Positions 1-9,366 of a DNA stretch of 64,000 nucleotides are shown piece after piece. Each line of letters begins with the position of its first letter. The first letter of the stretch is position 1. Position numbers and translations under genes: made by a program. The DNA is from Bacteroidales bacterium (GTDB lineage: Bacteria; Bacteroidota; Bacteroidia; Bacteroidales; GCA-2748055), in the NCBI GenBank assembly GCA_040903745.1, contig JBBDUV010000047.1, positions 72,977 to 136,976 of the forward strand. Direction: 5' to 3'. The notes under the pieces are model-generated. The model made no database searches and had not been told where the DNA came from. It saw only the letters and a list, made by a program, of their open reading frames with translations.

Positions 1-593
1 CCATTGCATTGGCATATTCAGAAAACACTGTTTTAACTGTTCCCGATCGGGGGACGTATCACTTCAGAGTCGACACGCTGAGTAATGAGGGGGTTACAGT
101 TCATAATTTTGGTCAGGGCTTTCCAAAGGTAGAGACCGAGACGGCCCTGATGGAGCCGCTTTTTTATATTTCTACGATGACCGAATACAACCGCATGCGC
201 AACCAGGAGAACAGGAAGCGGGCAGTGGACGATTTCTGGCTGCAGCGCGCCTCGTCGATGGAGCGCTCAAAGGAATTGATTCGTGTTTACTACAACCGTG
301 TGCTCTACTCGAACCTCTATTTCACTGAATCCAGAGAGGGGTGGAAGAGCGATCGCGGGATGATCTTTATCCTGCTTGGTCCACCCGACAGGATGCGCGA
401 CACAGGTACGGAGCAGCGGTGGTACTATATCTCACGCCGCCAGGGGAGGGTAGTAGAGTTTGTGTTTGAGCGGAAGCCAGGCGCCCATTCCAACCACGAC
501 CTGGTATGGATGAAGAGCAACGAAGCATTACAGCAGTGGTCGGCCGCGGTAAGTTCGTGGCGGTCGGGAAAGGTATATTCATTCAACAAATGA
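1..593 (+). CDS. GWxTD domain-containing protein, C-terminal part (5' end outside window)
   Basis: The frame is open to the window edge. The motif REGWKSDRGMIFILLGPPD matches the GWxTDRG signature. The stop TGA at 591-593 overlaps the next ATG (ATGA). Confidence 0.6.
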   Translation, partial: IALAYSENTVLTVPDRGTYHFRVDTLSNEGVTVHNFGQGFPKVETETALMEPLFYISTMTEYNRMRNQENRKRAVDDFWLQRASSMERSKELIRVYYNRVLYSNLYFTESREGWKSDRGMIFILLGPPDRMRDTGTEQRWYYISRRQGRVVEFVFERKPGAHSNHDLVWMKSNEALQQWSAAVSSWRSGKVYSFNK

Positions 594-1345
594 CAAAAAA
601 ACAGAAGGATCAGATCATCTTCGGGATCCATGCGGTAACGGAGGCCCTCGAGGCAGGCAGGGAGCTGGAAAAAGTTCTTATCAGGGGATCGCGCGGTACC
701 AGCGGGCTGCTGAGCGAGTTGCGCAGCAGGCTTATCGCGGAGAAGGTGCCTTTTCAGCATGTGCCGGTAGAGAAGCTCAATGCCATTACCATGAAGAACC
801 ACCAGGGGGTAATTGCCTACCTGCCGGAAATCGCCTATGGAGAGATTGAGTTTATATTACCGCAGCTTTTTGAAAGCGGCAGGACACCATTGGTTCTGGT
901 GCTTGATCAGGTTTCCGATGTGCGAAACTTTGGAGCCATTGCGCGCACGGCCGAGTGTGCCGGTGTGGATGCGATCGTGGTGCCTTACCGCGGGAGCGCA
1001 CGGATCACTGCCGAGGCGGTGAAGACCTCTGCCGGGGCGTTGCACAGCATTCCGGTATGCCGGCACCCCGATCTGCGGCAGTTGCTGGAGTATCTGAAGG
1101 AGAGCGGATTGCAGGTATTTGCTGCTACGGAGAAGGCGGAGGGGTCGCTTTACGAAGCCGATTTTACCGTGCCTGCAGCAGTATTGATGGGGGCGGAAGA
1201 TATAGGTATTTCACCGGCGTTGCTACCGTATGTTGACCATGCCATTGCGATCCCCCAGTACGGTACGATCGGATCGCTGAATGTATCGGTGGCTGCCGGA
1301 ATTATTATCTATGAGGCAGTGCGACAGCGTCTTCAGAATGCTTAA
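590..1345 (+). CDS. rlmB: SpoU/TrmH-family 23S rRNA 2'-O-methyltransferase (RlmB-like)
   Basis: I start the gene at the internal ATG at 590 (MTKKQKDQIIFGIHAVTEAL). SpoU motifs are present: VLDQVSDVRNFGAIARTAECAG, LMGAEDIGIS and IPQYGTIGSLNVSVAAGIIIYE. Confidence 0.8.
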   Translation: MTKKQKDQIIFGIHAVTEALEAGRELEKVLIRGSRGTSGLLSELRSRLIAEKVPFQHVPVEKLNAITMKNHQGVIAYLPEIAYGEIEFILPQLFESGRTPLVLVLDQVSDVRNFGAIARTAECAGVDAIVVPYRGSARITAEAVKTSAGALHSIPVCRHPDLRQLLEYLKESGLQVFAATEKAEGSLYEADFTVPAAVLMGAEDIGISPALLPYVDHAIAIPQYGTIGSLNVSVAAGIIIYEAVRQRLQNA

Positions 1346-1806
1346 TCGAGTGGGAGCTGGCGGCTGAAGCTCTCCTCCAGGGAGATGAAGGTCTCTGTGC
1401 GGGATACCCCTGCGATCGACTGCAGCTTTTCTACAAGCACATGTTTGAGGTCCTCATTGTTTCTTGTGTAGATTTTTATGAAGATGGAGTATCCGCCGGT
1501 GATGTAGTGGCACTGGGTGATCTCGGGTATTTTCTTTAATTGCTCCACCACCTCGGGGTAGAGTCCGGCGTTGTCTAGGTAGATCCCGACATAGGCGCAG
1601 GTATGAAATCCGATCTTCTTCGGATTGAGGGTAAACTCCGAGCCGGATACGATCCCCAGTTTCATCAGCCGCTGGATGCGTTGGTGAATGGCTGCACCCG
1701 AAACGTTACATTCGCGGGCCACTTCAAGGTAGGGTATCCTGGCGTTTTTTGTAATGAGCGACAGAATCTTTCTGTCGAGTTTGTCAATGTGCAATGCTTC
1801 TTCCAT
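1342..1806 (-). CDS. Lrp/AsnC family transcriptional regulator
   Basis: 154 aa. The N-terminal HTH reads LDRKILSLITKNARIPYLEVARECNVSGAAIHQRIQRL, followed by a C-terminal AsnC-type ligand domain. Confidence 0.85.
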   Translation of the reverse strand: MEEALHIDKLDRKILSLITKNARIPYLEVARECNVSGAAIHQRIQRLMKLGIVSGSEFTLNPKKIGFHTCAYVGIYLDNAGLYPEVVEQLKKIPEITQCHYITGGYSIFIKIYTRNNEDLKHVLVEKLQSIAGVSRTETFISLEESFSRQLPLD

Positions 1807-2147
1807 TGTAAAAGATTAATGTTCAATGCTACGGTTCCGGAAAAAACAGATATTGTGGATTGAGATGCTGATCAGTTGCTGTTTCAACGGAATTTTCCGT
1901 ATTCGTTTAAGATTTTAAAGAAATTTGTTCAATATACTTAGAAAGTTTAAATTTACTCAACCGAATCGTATTTGCAATAGATAGAAATATGTTATATAAT
2001 AGTGTTGATTTGCAGAGGATGGGTTTGTACAGGATATCGAAGAAAGTCTGCCGGAAAATTATCTTTTACCCTAAATGTTTTTAACCTGGCACGGAAGGAG
2101 CTGACTTTGAAGAATACCCTGAGTAAAGAAGCATGCCTCCCGGTTTT

Positions 2148-3308
2148 TCAATCTACGGTGTATTTCCTGAGTTTCTCTGAAATGACCTGGAGGCTCTCTC
2201 CGGTTTCAGATGAAATTCGCCTCAGGTCTTCGTATTCAATGTTCCTGTGGTAGACCTCACCTTTCAGTCCCGATATTTTCATATTTACCTCCCCGTAAGG
2301 AGTTTGTATTTTTATACTTTCCCGCTCCAGGATCATTCTTGATTCCTTCCGCATCCTTACTCCCAGCGAGGTGGTTTCCTTCAGCAGAATGGAGGTCAGT
2401 TTTTTCTCATCCCCGGTTTTCGACAGAACAGTAAGTTTGGTCGCCGGACGATTTTTCTTCATTTGAATAGGTGTAAAGAAAACGTCGAGTGCGCCTTCCC
2501 GGAAAAGTTTTTCCATTACCGGTTCATAGAACTGGGGATTCATATCATCGATATTGGTCTCTATTACGATAATCTCCTCCATTTCCTGGCTCCCCAAGGC
2601 TTTGCCAATGTAGACCCTGAGCACATTGGGGTGCTCGAAATCTTTTGTGCCGGCACCATATCCAATGGATTCCACCATCATGGATGGCATATCTCCAAAG
2701 CTGTCGGCAAGGGTTGTGATCACCGCAGCACCGGTGGGGGTTACCAGTTCACCCTGAGAATTGGTAGAATAGGTAGGTATGTTTCTCAGAATCTCTGCGG
2801 TTGCCGGAGCCGGTACGGGGAACTTCCCGTGGGAAAAGGTAACAAAGCCCGATCCCACATTCAGTGGAGAGCAAACAACCTTTTCGATTCCGAGCTTCTT
2901 GAATCCAAGGAGGGCACACACCACATCCACTATGGTATCAATAGCACCCACTTCGTGGAAATGGACTTTTTCAAGAGGCATATCATGGATCCTGGCTTCG
3001 GCTTCGGCAATGGAGAGAAAGACTTTTTTGGCTTTCTCCACGATATCCTCCGGTAATCCCCGGTTTTCGACAAGATTGTTGAGGTCCTTCAGGTGCCGGT
3101 GATGGTGCTGGTCCTCATATTCAACCTCGAAATAGGTTGAGGATATGTTCTGTTTCACCAGCTTCCGGTTTTTTAGGTTCACTTTTCCCAGTCCCAGTTT
3201 TGCAACTTCATTTTCAAGATATGCGAAATCAAGCCCCGCATCCAGGAGAGAGGCAATCAACATGTCGCCGGCGATGCCGGAAAAGCAATCAAAATAGGCA
3301 ATTTTCAT
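2148..3308 (-). CDS. larC: Nickel-pincer cofactor biosynthesis protein LarC (nickel insertion, DUF111)
   Basis: The N-terminus MKIAYFDCFSGIAGDMLIASLLDAG is characteristic of LarC. The length is 386 aa and the gene follows larB. Confidence 0.85.
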   Translation of the reverse strand: MKIAYFDCFSGIAGDMLIASLLDAGLDFAYLENEVAKLGLGKVNLKNRKLVKQNISSTYFEVEYEDQHHHRHLKDLNNLVENRGLPEDIVEKAKKVFLSIAEAEARIHDMPLEKVHFHEVGAIDTIVDVVCALLGFKKLGIEKVVCSPLNVGSGFVTFSHGKFPVPAPATAEILRNIPTYSTNSQGELVTPTGAAVITTLADSFGDMPSMMVESIGYGAGTKDFEHPNVLRVYIGKALGSQEMEEIIVIETNIDDMNPQFYEPVMEKLFREGALDVFFTPIQMKKNRPATKLTVLSKTGDEKKLTSILLKETTSLGVRMRKESRMILERESIKIQTPYGEVNMKISGLKGEVYHRNIEYEDLRRISSETGESLQVISEKLRKYTVD

Positions 3309-3316
3309 TCTGTCTT

Positions 3317-4066
3317 TTATTTGTTGACCATGGATGCAAAGTAACCTGCACCAAAGCCATTGTCAATATTCATTACGCAAACCCCCGGTGCACATGCATT
3401 GAGCATGGTAAGAAGGGGGCCTATTCCGTTGAAGCTTGCGCCATAACCCACCGAGGTGGGAACGGCAATCACGGGTTTATCTACCAGTCCGCCAACTACG
3501 GAAGGGAGCGCCCCGTCCATTCCTGCGACTACAATAATCACATTGGCATTATCAATATGGTGTTTATTGTTGAAGAGCCGGTGAATCCCGGCAACACCTA
3601 CATCGAAGAGGGAGCGAACATGATTGCCCATGAAGCGCGCGGTTTCAATGGCTTCCTCGGCAACAGGAATGTCGGTGGTACCGGCGGTGATCACCAGTAT
3701 ATGCTTACTTTCGTCCGCTGGAAGGACTATCTTCTCATTCTCATAGGTGATGGTCCTGCCCACCGGATGATACACTGCACCCGGAAGCCTCTCCAGCACC
3801 TGTTCATACATCTCAGTGCTGGCCCGGGTGCCGAGTACGTTGTTGTATTCCGAGAGCCTTTTAAAGATCTCTCCCACCTGTTCCGGGGTTTTGTTCTCGC
3901 AGAACACGATCTCGGGATGGCCCTTTCTTAAGGACCTGTGATGGTCCAGGTTTGCGAATCCCAGGTCTTCGAAAGGCAGGTTCTGAATTTTTTCAAGGGC
4001 ATTTTCCACCTTCACCTTACCCTCGCGAATGTCGGTCAGTAATTGTCTAAGCTTCTCTTTTTGCAT
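3317..4066 (-). CDS. larB: Nickel-pincer cofactor biosynthesis protein LarB (AIR-carboxylase-like)
   Basis: Motifs ITAGTTDIPVAEEA, DVGVAGIHRL, VVAGMDGALPSVVGGLVDKPVIAVPTSVGYGA and NIDNGFGAG are present. Confidence 0.85.
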   Translation of the reverse strand: MQKEKLRQLLTDIREGKVKVENALEKIQNLPFEDLGFANLDHHRSLRKGHPEIVFCENKTPEQVGEIFKRLSEYNNVLGTRASTEMYEQVLERLPGAVYHPVGRTITYENEKIVLPADESKHILVITAGTTDIPVAEEAIETARFMGNHVRSLFDVGVAGIHRLFNNKHHIDNANVIIVVAGMDGALPSVVGGLVDKPVIAVPTSVGYGASFNGIGPLLTMLNACAPGVCVMNIDNGFGAGYFASMVNK

Positions 4067-4892
4067 CGATGTTTGCCAATTTATTCAGTGATCCGCTTTT
4101 GAATTTTTTTATCTCAATATCCTGGAAACCAATACTGTTGAATTTTGTTACGATGACTTCATAATGATCCTTGACCAGCTGAAGGAATAGTGGATTAACC
4201 TCCAATACGGCTTTGTCATCAAAATGTCTGACTCTCAACTCTTTTACTCCAAGTCCTTTGACGAACTCCTCGGCTTCCTCCACCTGGGAAAGCTTTTCCG
4301 GGGTCACTTTCCTTCCATAGGGAATACGCGACGCCAGGCAGGGGCTGGGAGGTTTGTCCCAGACTTCCAGGCCAAGCATCTTAGCGATCACCCGGATATC
4401 ATCTTTTTTAAGGCCTGCATCTCTGAGCGGACTCACCACCTGGTGTTCGTCTGCAGCTACAAGTCCGGGACGGTGGTCACCCAGATCATCCATATTGGTC
4501 CCGTTAGCGATAAAGCGGATCCCTTCTTCGGAGGCAACCTCTTCAATATGGTCGTAAAGTTCCGTTTTACAGAAATAGCAGCGGTTTACTGGATTCAGGA
4601 TGTAGTCCTCATTCTCAGTCTCCCTGGTATTGACCACCTTCAGCCTTGCCCCGGTTTTTTTGGCGAAATCGATGGCTGAATTGATCTCACTGCGCGGTAC
4701 GGAAGGCGAATCGGATATTACGGCCAGCACATTCCTGCCCAGAACATCGCTGGCAACCGCAAGCAACAGGGCACTGTCGAGACCGCCGCTGAATGCAATG
4801 ATCAGCCTGTCATACCTGAGGAATTCTTTTTTAAGTGCGCTTAAATTTCTCTCTGCTACACTTTTTGGGTATAATGATAAGTTTTCATACAT
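4047..4892 (-). CDS. larE: ATP-dependent sacrificial sulfur transferase LarE (PP-loop ATPase)
   Basis: The PP-loop reads AFSGGLDSALLL, and the conserved Cys lies in PSPCLASRIPYG. The 3' end overlaps the larB start by 20 nt. Confidence 0.85.
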   Translation of the reverse strand: MYENLSLYPKSVAERNLSALKKEFLRYDRLIIAFSGGLDSALLLAVASDVLGRNVLAVISDSPSVPRSEINSAIDFAKKTGARLKVVNTRETENEDYILNPVNRCYFCKTELYDHIEEVASEEGIRFIANGTNMDDLGDHRPGLVAADEHQVVSPLRDAGLKKDDIRVIAKMLGLEVWDKPPSPCLASRIPYGRKVTPEKLSQVEEAEEFVKGLGVKELRVRHFDDKAVLEVNPLFLQLVKDHYEVIVTKFNSIGFQDIEIKKFKSGSLNKLANIDAKREA

Positions 4893-5021
4893 AATCAGTT
4901 TCCTTTCTTACTCTTTAACAATCCAGACTTAAAAATGATTATTCAGGTTCACTCTTTCTTTATTTCTCTCTTGGTTAAACTGCTTTTTTGAGTTAATGTT
5001 TCTGGTTTTAACGGTTTTATA

Positions 5022-5771
5022 TTATTGATAATCAAGAATTTTTTTACAAATTCCAAAATAGTATTCCATATCCAGTCCGCAGGCTCTGAGCAATTCCCCA
5101 TCGCGCACGATCTCCAGAGGCACGCCGGTCTTCAGTATTTTACCTCCGGAAAGTATGGCGATCCGGTCACAACAGGCAACCAGGGGAATAATGGATTGAG
5201 ATACAATGAAAAGGGTGGCTTCCAAAGAGTTTATGATCTTTATTAACTGTTCGATCATGGAGGGATCCAGGCTGGAGAAAGGCTCATCGAGCGCAATCAC
5301 CTCCGGGTTCATGACCAGGACCGTGGAGAGGGCCACCCGTTTCTTTTCACCCAGGGATAAATGGTGGGAAACCCGTTTTTCAAATCCTGTCAGTCTAAGT
5401 TTCGAGAGGGTTTCGTAAAGTCTTTTTTCAATCTCTTTAGCCGGGATCCCGAAATTCCTGGGTCCGAAAACAACATCTTCCTCCACAGTGGGATTGAAAA
5501 GCTGATCATCGGGATTCTGAAAAAGGAGACCGACCTGCCTGCGAATCTCCGGCAGATTTTTTTTATGAACCTTTAGGTCGCCGATCCGGACCTCACCCTC
5601 TCCCGCGAGGATGCCATTGAGGTGAAGAAGAAGCGTTGATTTCCCCGCCCCGGATGGGCCTATGATCCCGATTTTCTCTCCCGGTTTGGCAGACAGGTTG
5701 ATCCTGTCCAGAACGGTTTGTCCCTTACCGTAGGAGAATGAAAGATCCTTTATTTCAACACCAGCAGCCAT
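5022..5771 (-). CDS. cbiO: ECF/ABC transporter ATP-binding protein (CbiO-type)
   Basis: Walker A is GPSGAGKST, the ABC signature is LSLGEKKRV, and Walker B is VIALDEP. Confidence 0.8.
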   Translation of the reverse strand: MAAGVEIKDLSFSYGKGQTVLDRINLSAKPGEKIGIIGPSGAGKSTLLLHLNGILAGEGEVRIGDLKVHKKNLPEIRRQVGLLFQNPDDQLFNPTVEEDVVFGPRNFGIPAKEIEKRLYETLSKLRLTGFEKRVSHHLSLGEKKRVALSTVLVMNPEVIALDEPFSSLDPSMIEQLIKIINSLEATLFIVSQSIIPLVACCDRIAILSGGKILKTGVPLEIVRDGELLRACGLDMEYYFGICKKILDYQ

Positions 5772-6524
5772 CTAACGAAAAATATAAGGGGTAAAACGAA
5801 AAAATAGGAGAAAAAGTAAAAACAGGGCGGGTGACAGGAACTGCTGAAAACTTAATTTCCGGGAGGGAAGAGACGGCATTTCACCAGTAAATCCACGGGA
5901 AAGCATAGACTGGTGAATGATATGGGCGCGGTCCCAGCTACGGATAAAAATGATGGCCGCCTGGTTACCGTAAACCCGGAGAGGGTTTCCGCGGATCCTT
6001 CCGGGTGTTCTGCTGATCCTGGCCCTGGATGTTTTCAGAACCTCATCCAGGAATATGAAGGAGTACCGGTACAAGAGGGCGGAGATTTGAACAATCACCG
6101 CGGGCATTTTCAATCTTCTCAAGGCGTGGAGAAGGTTGTCGAAGCGCTCGGTAGAGGTTAACAATATCAGAAGTATCAGGGCAGACAGGGCTTTCATGAT
6201 GAGACTCAGGGGCAAGTTGAAGTTATAATCCCGAAGCTCCTCCATGGAAGTGTAACCGGATGACAGGGGTAAAAGCACCGCTGCGGCCAGGATAAGCGGG
6301 AGGACAAAAAGACACTTCTTTAGAATGAAGGCCAGTGGCACCCTGGACAACGGGATCACAACCAGGACAGCAGGAAGGAAAAGACCATAATCGATGAAGC
6401 GGTACCGTGGTGCTGAAATGATGATGAAAACAGCAGCAAAACAGGCAATGAGTTTCAGCCGGGGATCCATCCTGTGAACCGGGCTCTCAAGATTGCTGTA
6501 TTTGTCAATATAACCGTGCTTCAA
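5772..6524 (-). CDS. cbiQ: ECF transporter transmembrane (T) component, CbiQ-type
   Basis: A 250-aa polytopic membrane protein with MDPRLKLI near the N-terminus and an ARxxR-like motif (SRARISRTPG). It abuts cbiO with no gap. Confidence 0.7.
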   Translation of the reverse strand: MKHGYIDKYSNLESPVHRMDPRLKLIACFAAVFIIISAPRYRFIDYGLFLPAVLVVIPLSRVPLAFILKKCLFVLPLILAAAVLLPLSSGYTSMEELRDYNFNLPLSLIMKALSALILLILLTSTERFDNLLHALRRLKMPAVIVQISALLYRYSFIFLDEVLKTSRARISRTPGRIRGNPLRVYGNQAAIIFIRSWDRAHIIHQSMLSRGFTGEMPSLPSRKLSFQQFLSPALFLLFLLFFRFTPYIFR

Positions 6525-6535
6525 TGTTTTCCTGT

Positions 6536-7045
6536 TTATTGTGTTTTCTTTTTTGACATAATCGCAAAAAAGATCCCGGTCAGACCCATAATTATCGCTA
6601 AACCGAAAATAATCCTGTAAAGAGAGGGTATTCCAGCGAAGGTGAACTCCTGGATGCCCTCAGCAGTTGGGGGCTCGGCAAGGGGAGCCTCAATGGCAAT
6701 CTCTTCTTCAGGAGAGAAAAAACGTTCGCTGAGAGAGATCTCCATGCTTTTTTTATGACCCATCCCATCATCTGCAATGATCTTCCAGGTTCCCGTCTGG
6801 TCGGGGGTAAAACTGAATTTTCCATGGATGTCAGTTTTTCCTTCCTGGAAAAGTTTTTCGGAATCAGGGGAATAAATCATCATTTTCATACCGGGTATCT
6901 CATGATGACCGGAATAGGCGGCCCGGACAACCATAAACGGGGGTTTTTCTTCTGCTTTCAACTCAACACCGTGAGAAAAAACCTGCACGCTTACCAATAG
7001 CAACAGGAAGATAACCAGGAGCATTTTCAAATCAGAAGTATTCAT
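6536..7045 (-). CDS. Putative periplasmic metal-binding accessory component of the Ni/Co importer, in the CbiN/NikK position
   Basis: It has a signal peptide or N-terminal TM, a His-bearing beta-rich domain (GKTDIHGKFSFTPDQTGTWKIIADDGMGHKK, transthyretin/CarboxypepD_reg-like) and a C-terminal TM. It occupies the slot between cbiM and cbiQ. Confidence 0.4.
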   Translation of the reverse strand: MNTSDLKMLLVIFLLLLVSVQVFSHGVELKAEEKPPFMVVRAAYSGHHEIPGMKMMIYSPDSEKLFQEGKTDIHGKFSFTPDQTGTWKIIADDGMGHKKSMEISLSERFFSPEEEIAIEAPLAEPPTAEGIQEFTFAGIPSLYRIIFGLAIIMGLTGIFFAIMSKKKTQ

Positions 7046-7056
7046 TGGATTGTAGT

Positions 7057-7632
7057 TTAAGCAATTACTTCAGGTTTTACTTTGAGTAGAAATTTTACTG
7101 ATGAAAGGGTCAATACCGCTTCCATGAGTCCGGTGAGCAGGTAAACCGAGAAAAAATATGCGATTTCCGTACCGTATCCGGAAAGCATAAATTCACCTGC
7201 CATGAGGACCGCGGGGAGGGTGACTCCCAAAAATCCTGCTAACCCTGCCCGGGCCAGGACAGAAATTTTTTTTAATTCCCAGATCTTCCATGCAGCGAAC
7301 GCACCGGCCGACATATTCAATGTGTTAACACCCAGGGAAAGAAGACCCCCGTGCTGAAAAATGAGTGACTGGAAGATCAGGGCAGTAAATATCACGGGAA
7401 CGGACCTTCGTCCGAGGATAATGCCTGCTAATCCGTATAATCCGGGATGTACAGAGGTTCCGGCCAGGGGTATGTGTATGGTGGATACAGCAAACAGGGC
7501 TGCTGCAATTATTCCCATCCTGGGGATTTCCTCCTGCGAGGTATTCCTGGTGGACATATAGATCAACCCACCGCTTACTGCCAGAGCCACTACAGAAAGT
7601 TCCGTGCTTATAATACCATCTGAAATATGCAT
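7057..7632 (-). CDS. cbiM: ECF transporter substrate-capture component CbiM/NikM
   Basis: The N-terminus MHISDGIIS is the CbiM/NikM metal-ligating N-terminal motif. The protein is polytopic and 191 aa long. Confidence 0.8.
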   Translation of the reverse strand: MHISDGIISTELSVVALAVSGGLIYMSTRNTSQEEIPRMGIIAAALFAVSTIHIPLAGTSVHPGLYGLAGIILGRRSVPVIFTALIFQSLIFQHGGLLSLGVNTLNMSAGAFAAWKIWELKKISVLARAGLAGFLGVTLPAVLMAGEFMLSGYGTEIAYFFSVYLLTGLMEAVLTLSSVKFLLKVKPEVIA

Positions 7633-7756
7633 ATCAATTTATATTTTCAAATCAAATTTCTCCATTGTTGGGGCCCCCGGACTTTAAGCGTGTTACTGCT
7701 TTGGTAAATTACACAAAATCGTGTCACTAATTTGCATAAACATAACACGCATCCTG

Positions 7757-7764
7757 CAAATATA
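7757..7764 (-). promoter_or_regulatory. Candidate Bacteroidota -7 promoter box (TATATTTG) for the cbiM-larC operon
   Basis: Exact TAnnTTTG match on the minus strand, about 125 nt upstream of the cbiM ATG. Confidence 0.3.
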
Positions 7765-7911
7765 GAATTCTGTATGGAAAAGTACGTGTATCTCAAAAAA
7801 ATAAACTAAAGAAAAAAACAGGATTTAGCATTCTATTAACATTATTTATAGCCGTCTATTAAGTTGACAATACGATGGAGGGGTATAATTCAAGTTTTCT
7901 CTGATTGTGAT

Positions 7912-9207
7912 TTAATTCGAATCTTCTTCAGAAGCGAAATCGCTTTCCCGGTTCTTTGCTGACATAAGGCTTCTCCAGTCTTCGCCTGTTGGGTTTTGGA
8001 ATACCCTGAGTCCGAATTCAGGAACCACAGCCATGATATGGTCGAATATATCGGCCTGAATCGCTTCATAATTGGCCCAGGCCTGGTCTTTGCTAAAAAC
8101 ATATATTTCGATGGGGATGCCTTTTTCCGTGGGTTGGAGGTGTCTGACGAGGAATGTCATGTCTGAATGGATCATGGGGTGGTTCTTCAGGTAGAGTTCA
8201 AGGTATTTTCTGAATGTTCCGATATTTGTCAGTCTGCGGCCATTGATCCGGTTGGATGTATCTGCTCCTACTTTTTTATTGAAATCTTCTATCTCTTTCT
8301 CCTTCTGCTCCAGGTATTTCCGGAGAATCCTGATCTCCTTGTATTTTTCGATTGTTTCATTATCGACGAACCGTACACTTTGCATGTCAATATTAATTGA
8401 TCGCTTGATGCGGCGCCCACCGGACTCCTCCATCCCTCTCCAGTTATTGAATGATTCGGACACAAGGGCATAGGTAGGAATTGTTGCGATGGTCTTGTCC
8501 CAGTTCTGGACTTTTACAACATTCAGCCCAATATCGATCACATCGCCATCGGCGTTGTATTTCGGCATAGAGATCCAGTCACCCACATTTACCATTTTAT
8601 TTCCGGCAATCTGGATGCTGGCAACGAGTCCCAGAATAGTGTCCTTGAATACCAGCATCAGTACTGCCGCGAATGCACCAAGTCCGGTTAAAAGTCCTCC
8701 TACCGATTTATCGGTCAGGATAGAAATAGCTACCAGGGCAGCTACAATATAGATCAGGATCTTGACAAGCTGCACGTATCCTTTAATATTTCTTCCTCTA
8801 GAAACCGGAAGATTCATATAGATTTCATGAAGTGCACTGATGAGTGAATCGAGTACCAGAGCAATGATCAGGATAATATATAATTCAGTAATCACCTTGA
8901 TAAACCCCACCAGTCCGGGGACATCGACAAAGAATACTACCGTTGCATTGACCACCAGGGCGGGAGCGATATGGGCAATGCGGGAAAATAGTCTCTTTTT
9001 CAGAAGGATATCATCATATCTGTTTTTTGATGTTTTTATCATGTTTCCTACCAGACGGATGAGGATAAATTTGACAATCCGGTCGGCCAGGAAGGCCAAT
9101 AGGGCGATCAGCAAAAGCACAGTAAAGTTTTCCAGCAAATTTGACCACTGCTCTGACAATCCTGTATTTTCAAGAAATAGACGGTATTTAGATAAAAGAT
9201 TCTCCAT
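7912..9207 (-). CDS. Mechanosensitive ion channel family protein (MscS-like)
   Basis: Several N-terminal TM helices are followed by the MscS beta-domain motif GDWISMPKYNADGDVIDIGLNVVKVQNWDKTIATIPTYAL. Confidence 0.8.
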   Translation of the reverse strand: MENLLSKYRLFLENTGLSEQWSNLLENFTVLLLIALLAFLADRIVKFILIRLVGNMIKTSKNRYDDILLKKRLFSRIAHIAPALVVNATVVFFVDVPGLVGFIKVITELYIILIIALVLDSLISALHEIYMNLPVSRGRNIKGYVQLVKILIYIVAALVAISILTDKSVGGLLTGLGAFAAVLMLVFKDTILGLVASIQIAGNKMVNVGDWISMPKYNADGDVIDIGLNVVKVQNWDKTIATIPTYALVSESFNNWRGMEESGGRRIKRSINIDMQSVRFVDNETIEKYKEIRILRKYLEQKEKEIEDFNKKVGADTSNRINGRRLTNIGTFRKYLELYLKNHPMIHSDMTFLVRHLQPTEKGIPIEIYVFSKDQAWANYEAIQADIFDHIMAVVPEFGLRVFQNPTGEDWRSLMSAKNRESDFASEEDSN

Positions 9208-9315
9208 TATGTGGGGACTTTATTATTCAAAGATCAAATTTAAAATTAAATTCAGGTATTTTATAGGAATTTAGATAAGTTTTCTTTGTGTGGGTATAAC
9301 ATTAATGAGATTAAT

Positions 9316-9323
9316 TATATTTG
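9316..9323 (+). promoter_or_regulatory. Candidate -7 promoter box (TATATTTG) for the sigma factor gene
   Basis: Exact TAnnTTTG match 44 nt upstream of the ATG at 9367. Confidence 0.35.
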
Positions 9324-9366
9324 TCATTCGGCTGAAATGGAACCAACTGATTTACTTTAAGATTTC

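Noticed and set aside
3137-3931. 264-aa plus-strand ORF antisense to larB/larC
   Set aside because: The LarB motifs on the minus strand are unambiguous.
7633-7756. Cobalamin or NiCo riboswitch upstream of cbiM
   Set aside because: I could find no B12 box (GAAGACCTGCC-like) and no NiCo-type conserved blocks. The region is reported only as an unclassified structured leader.
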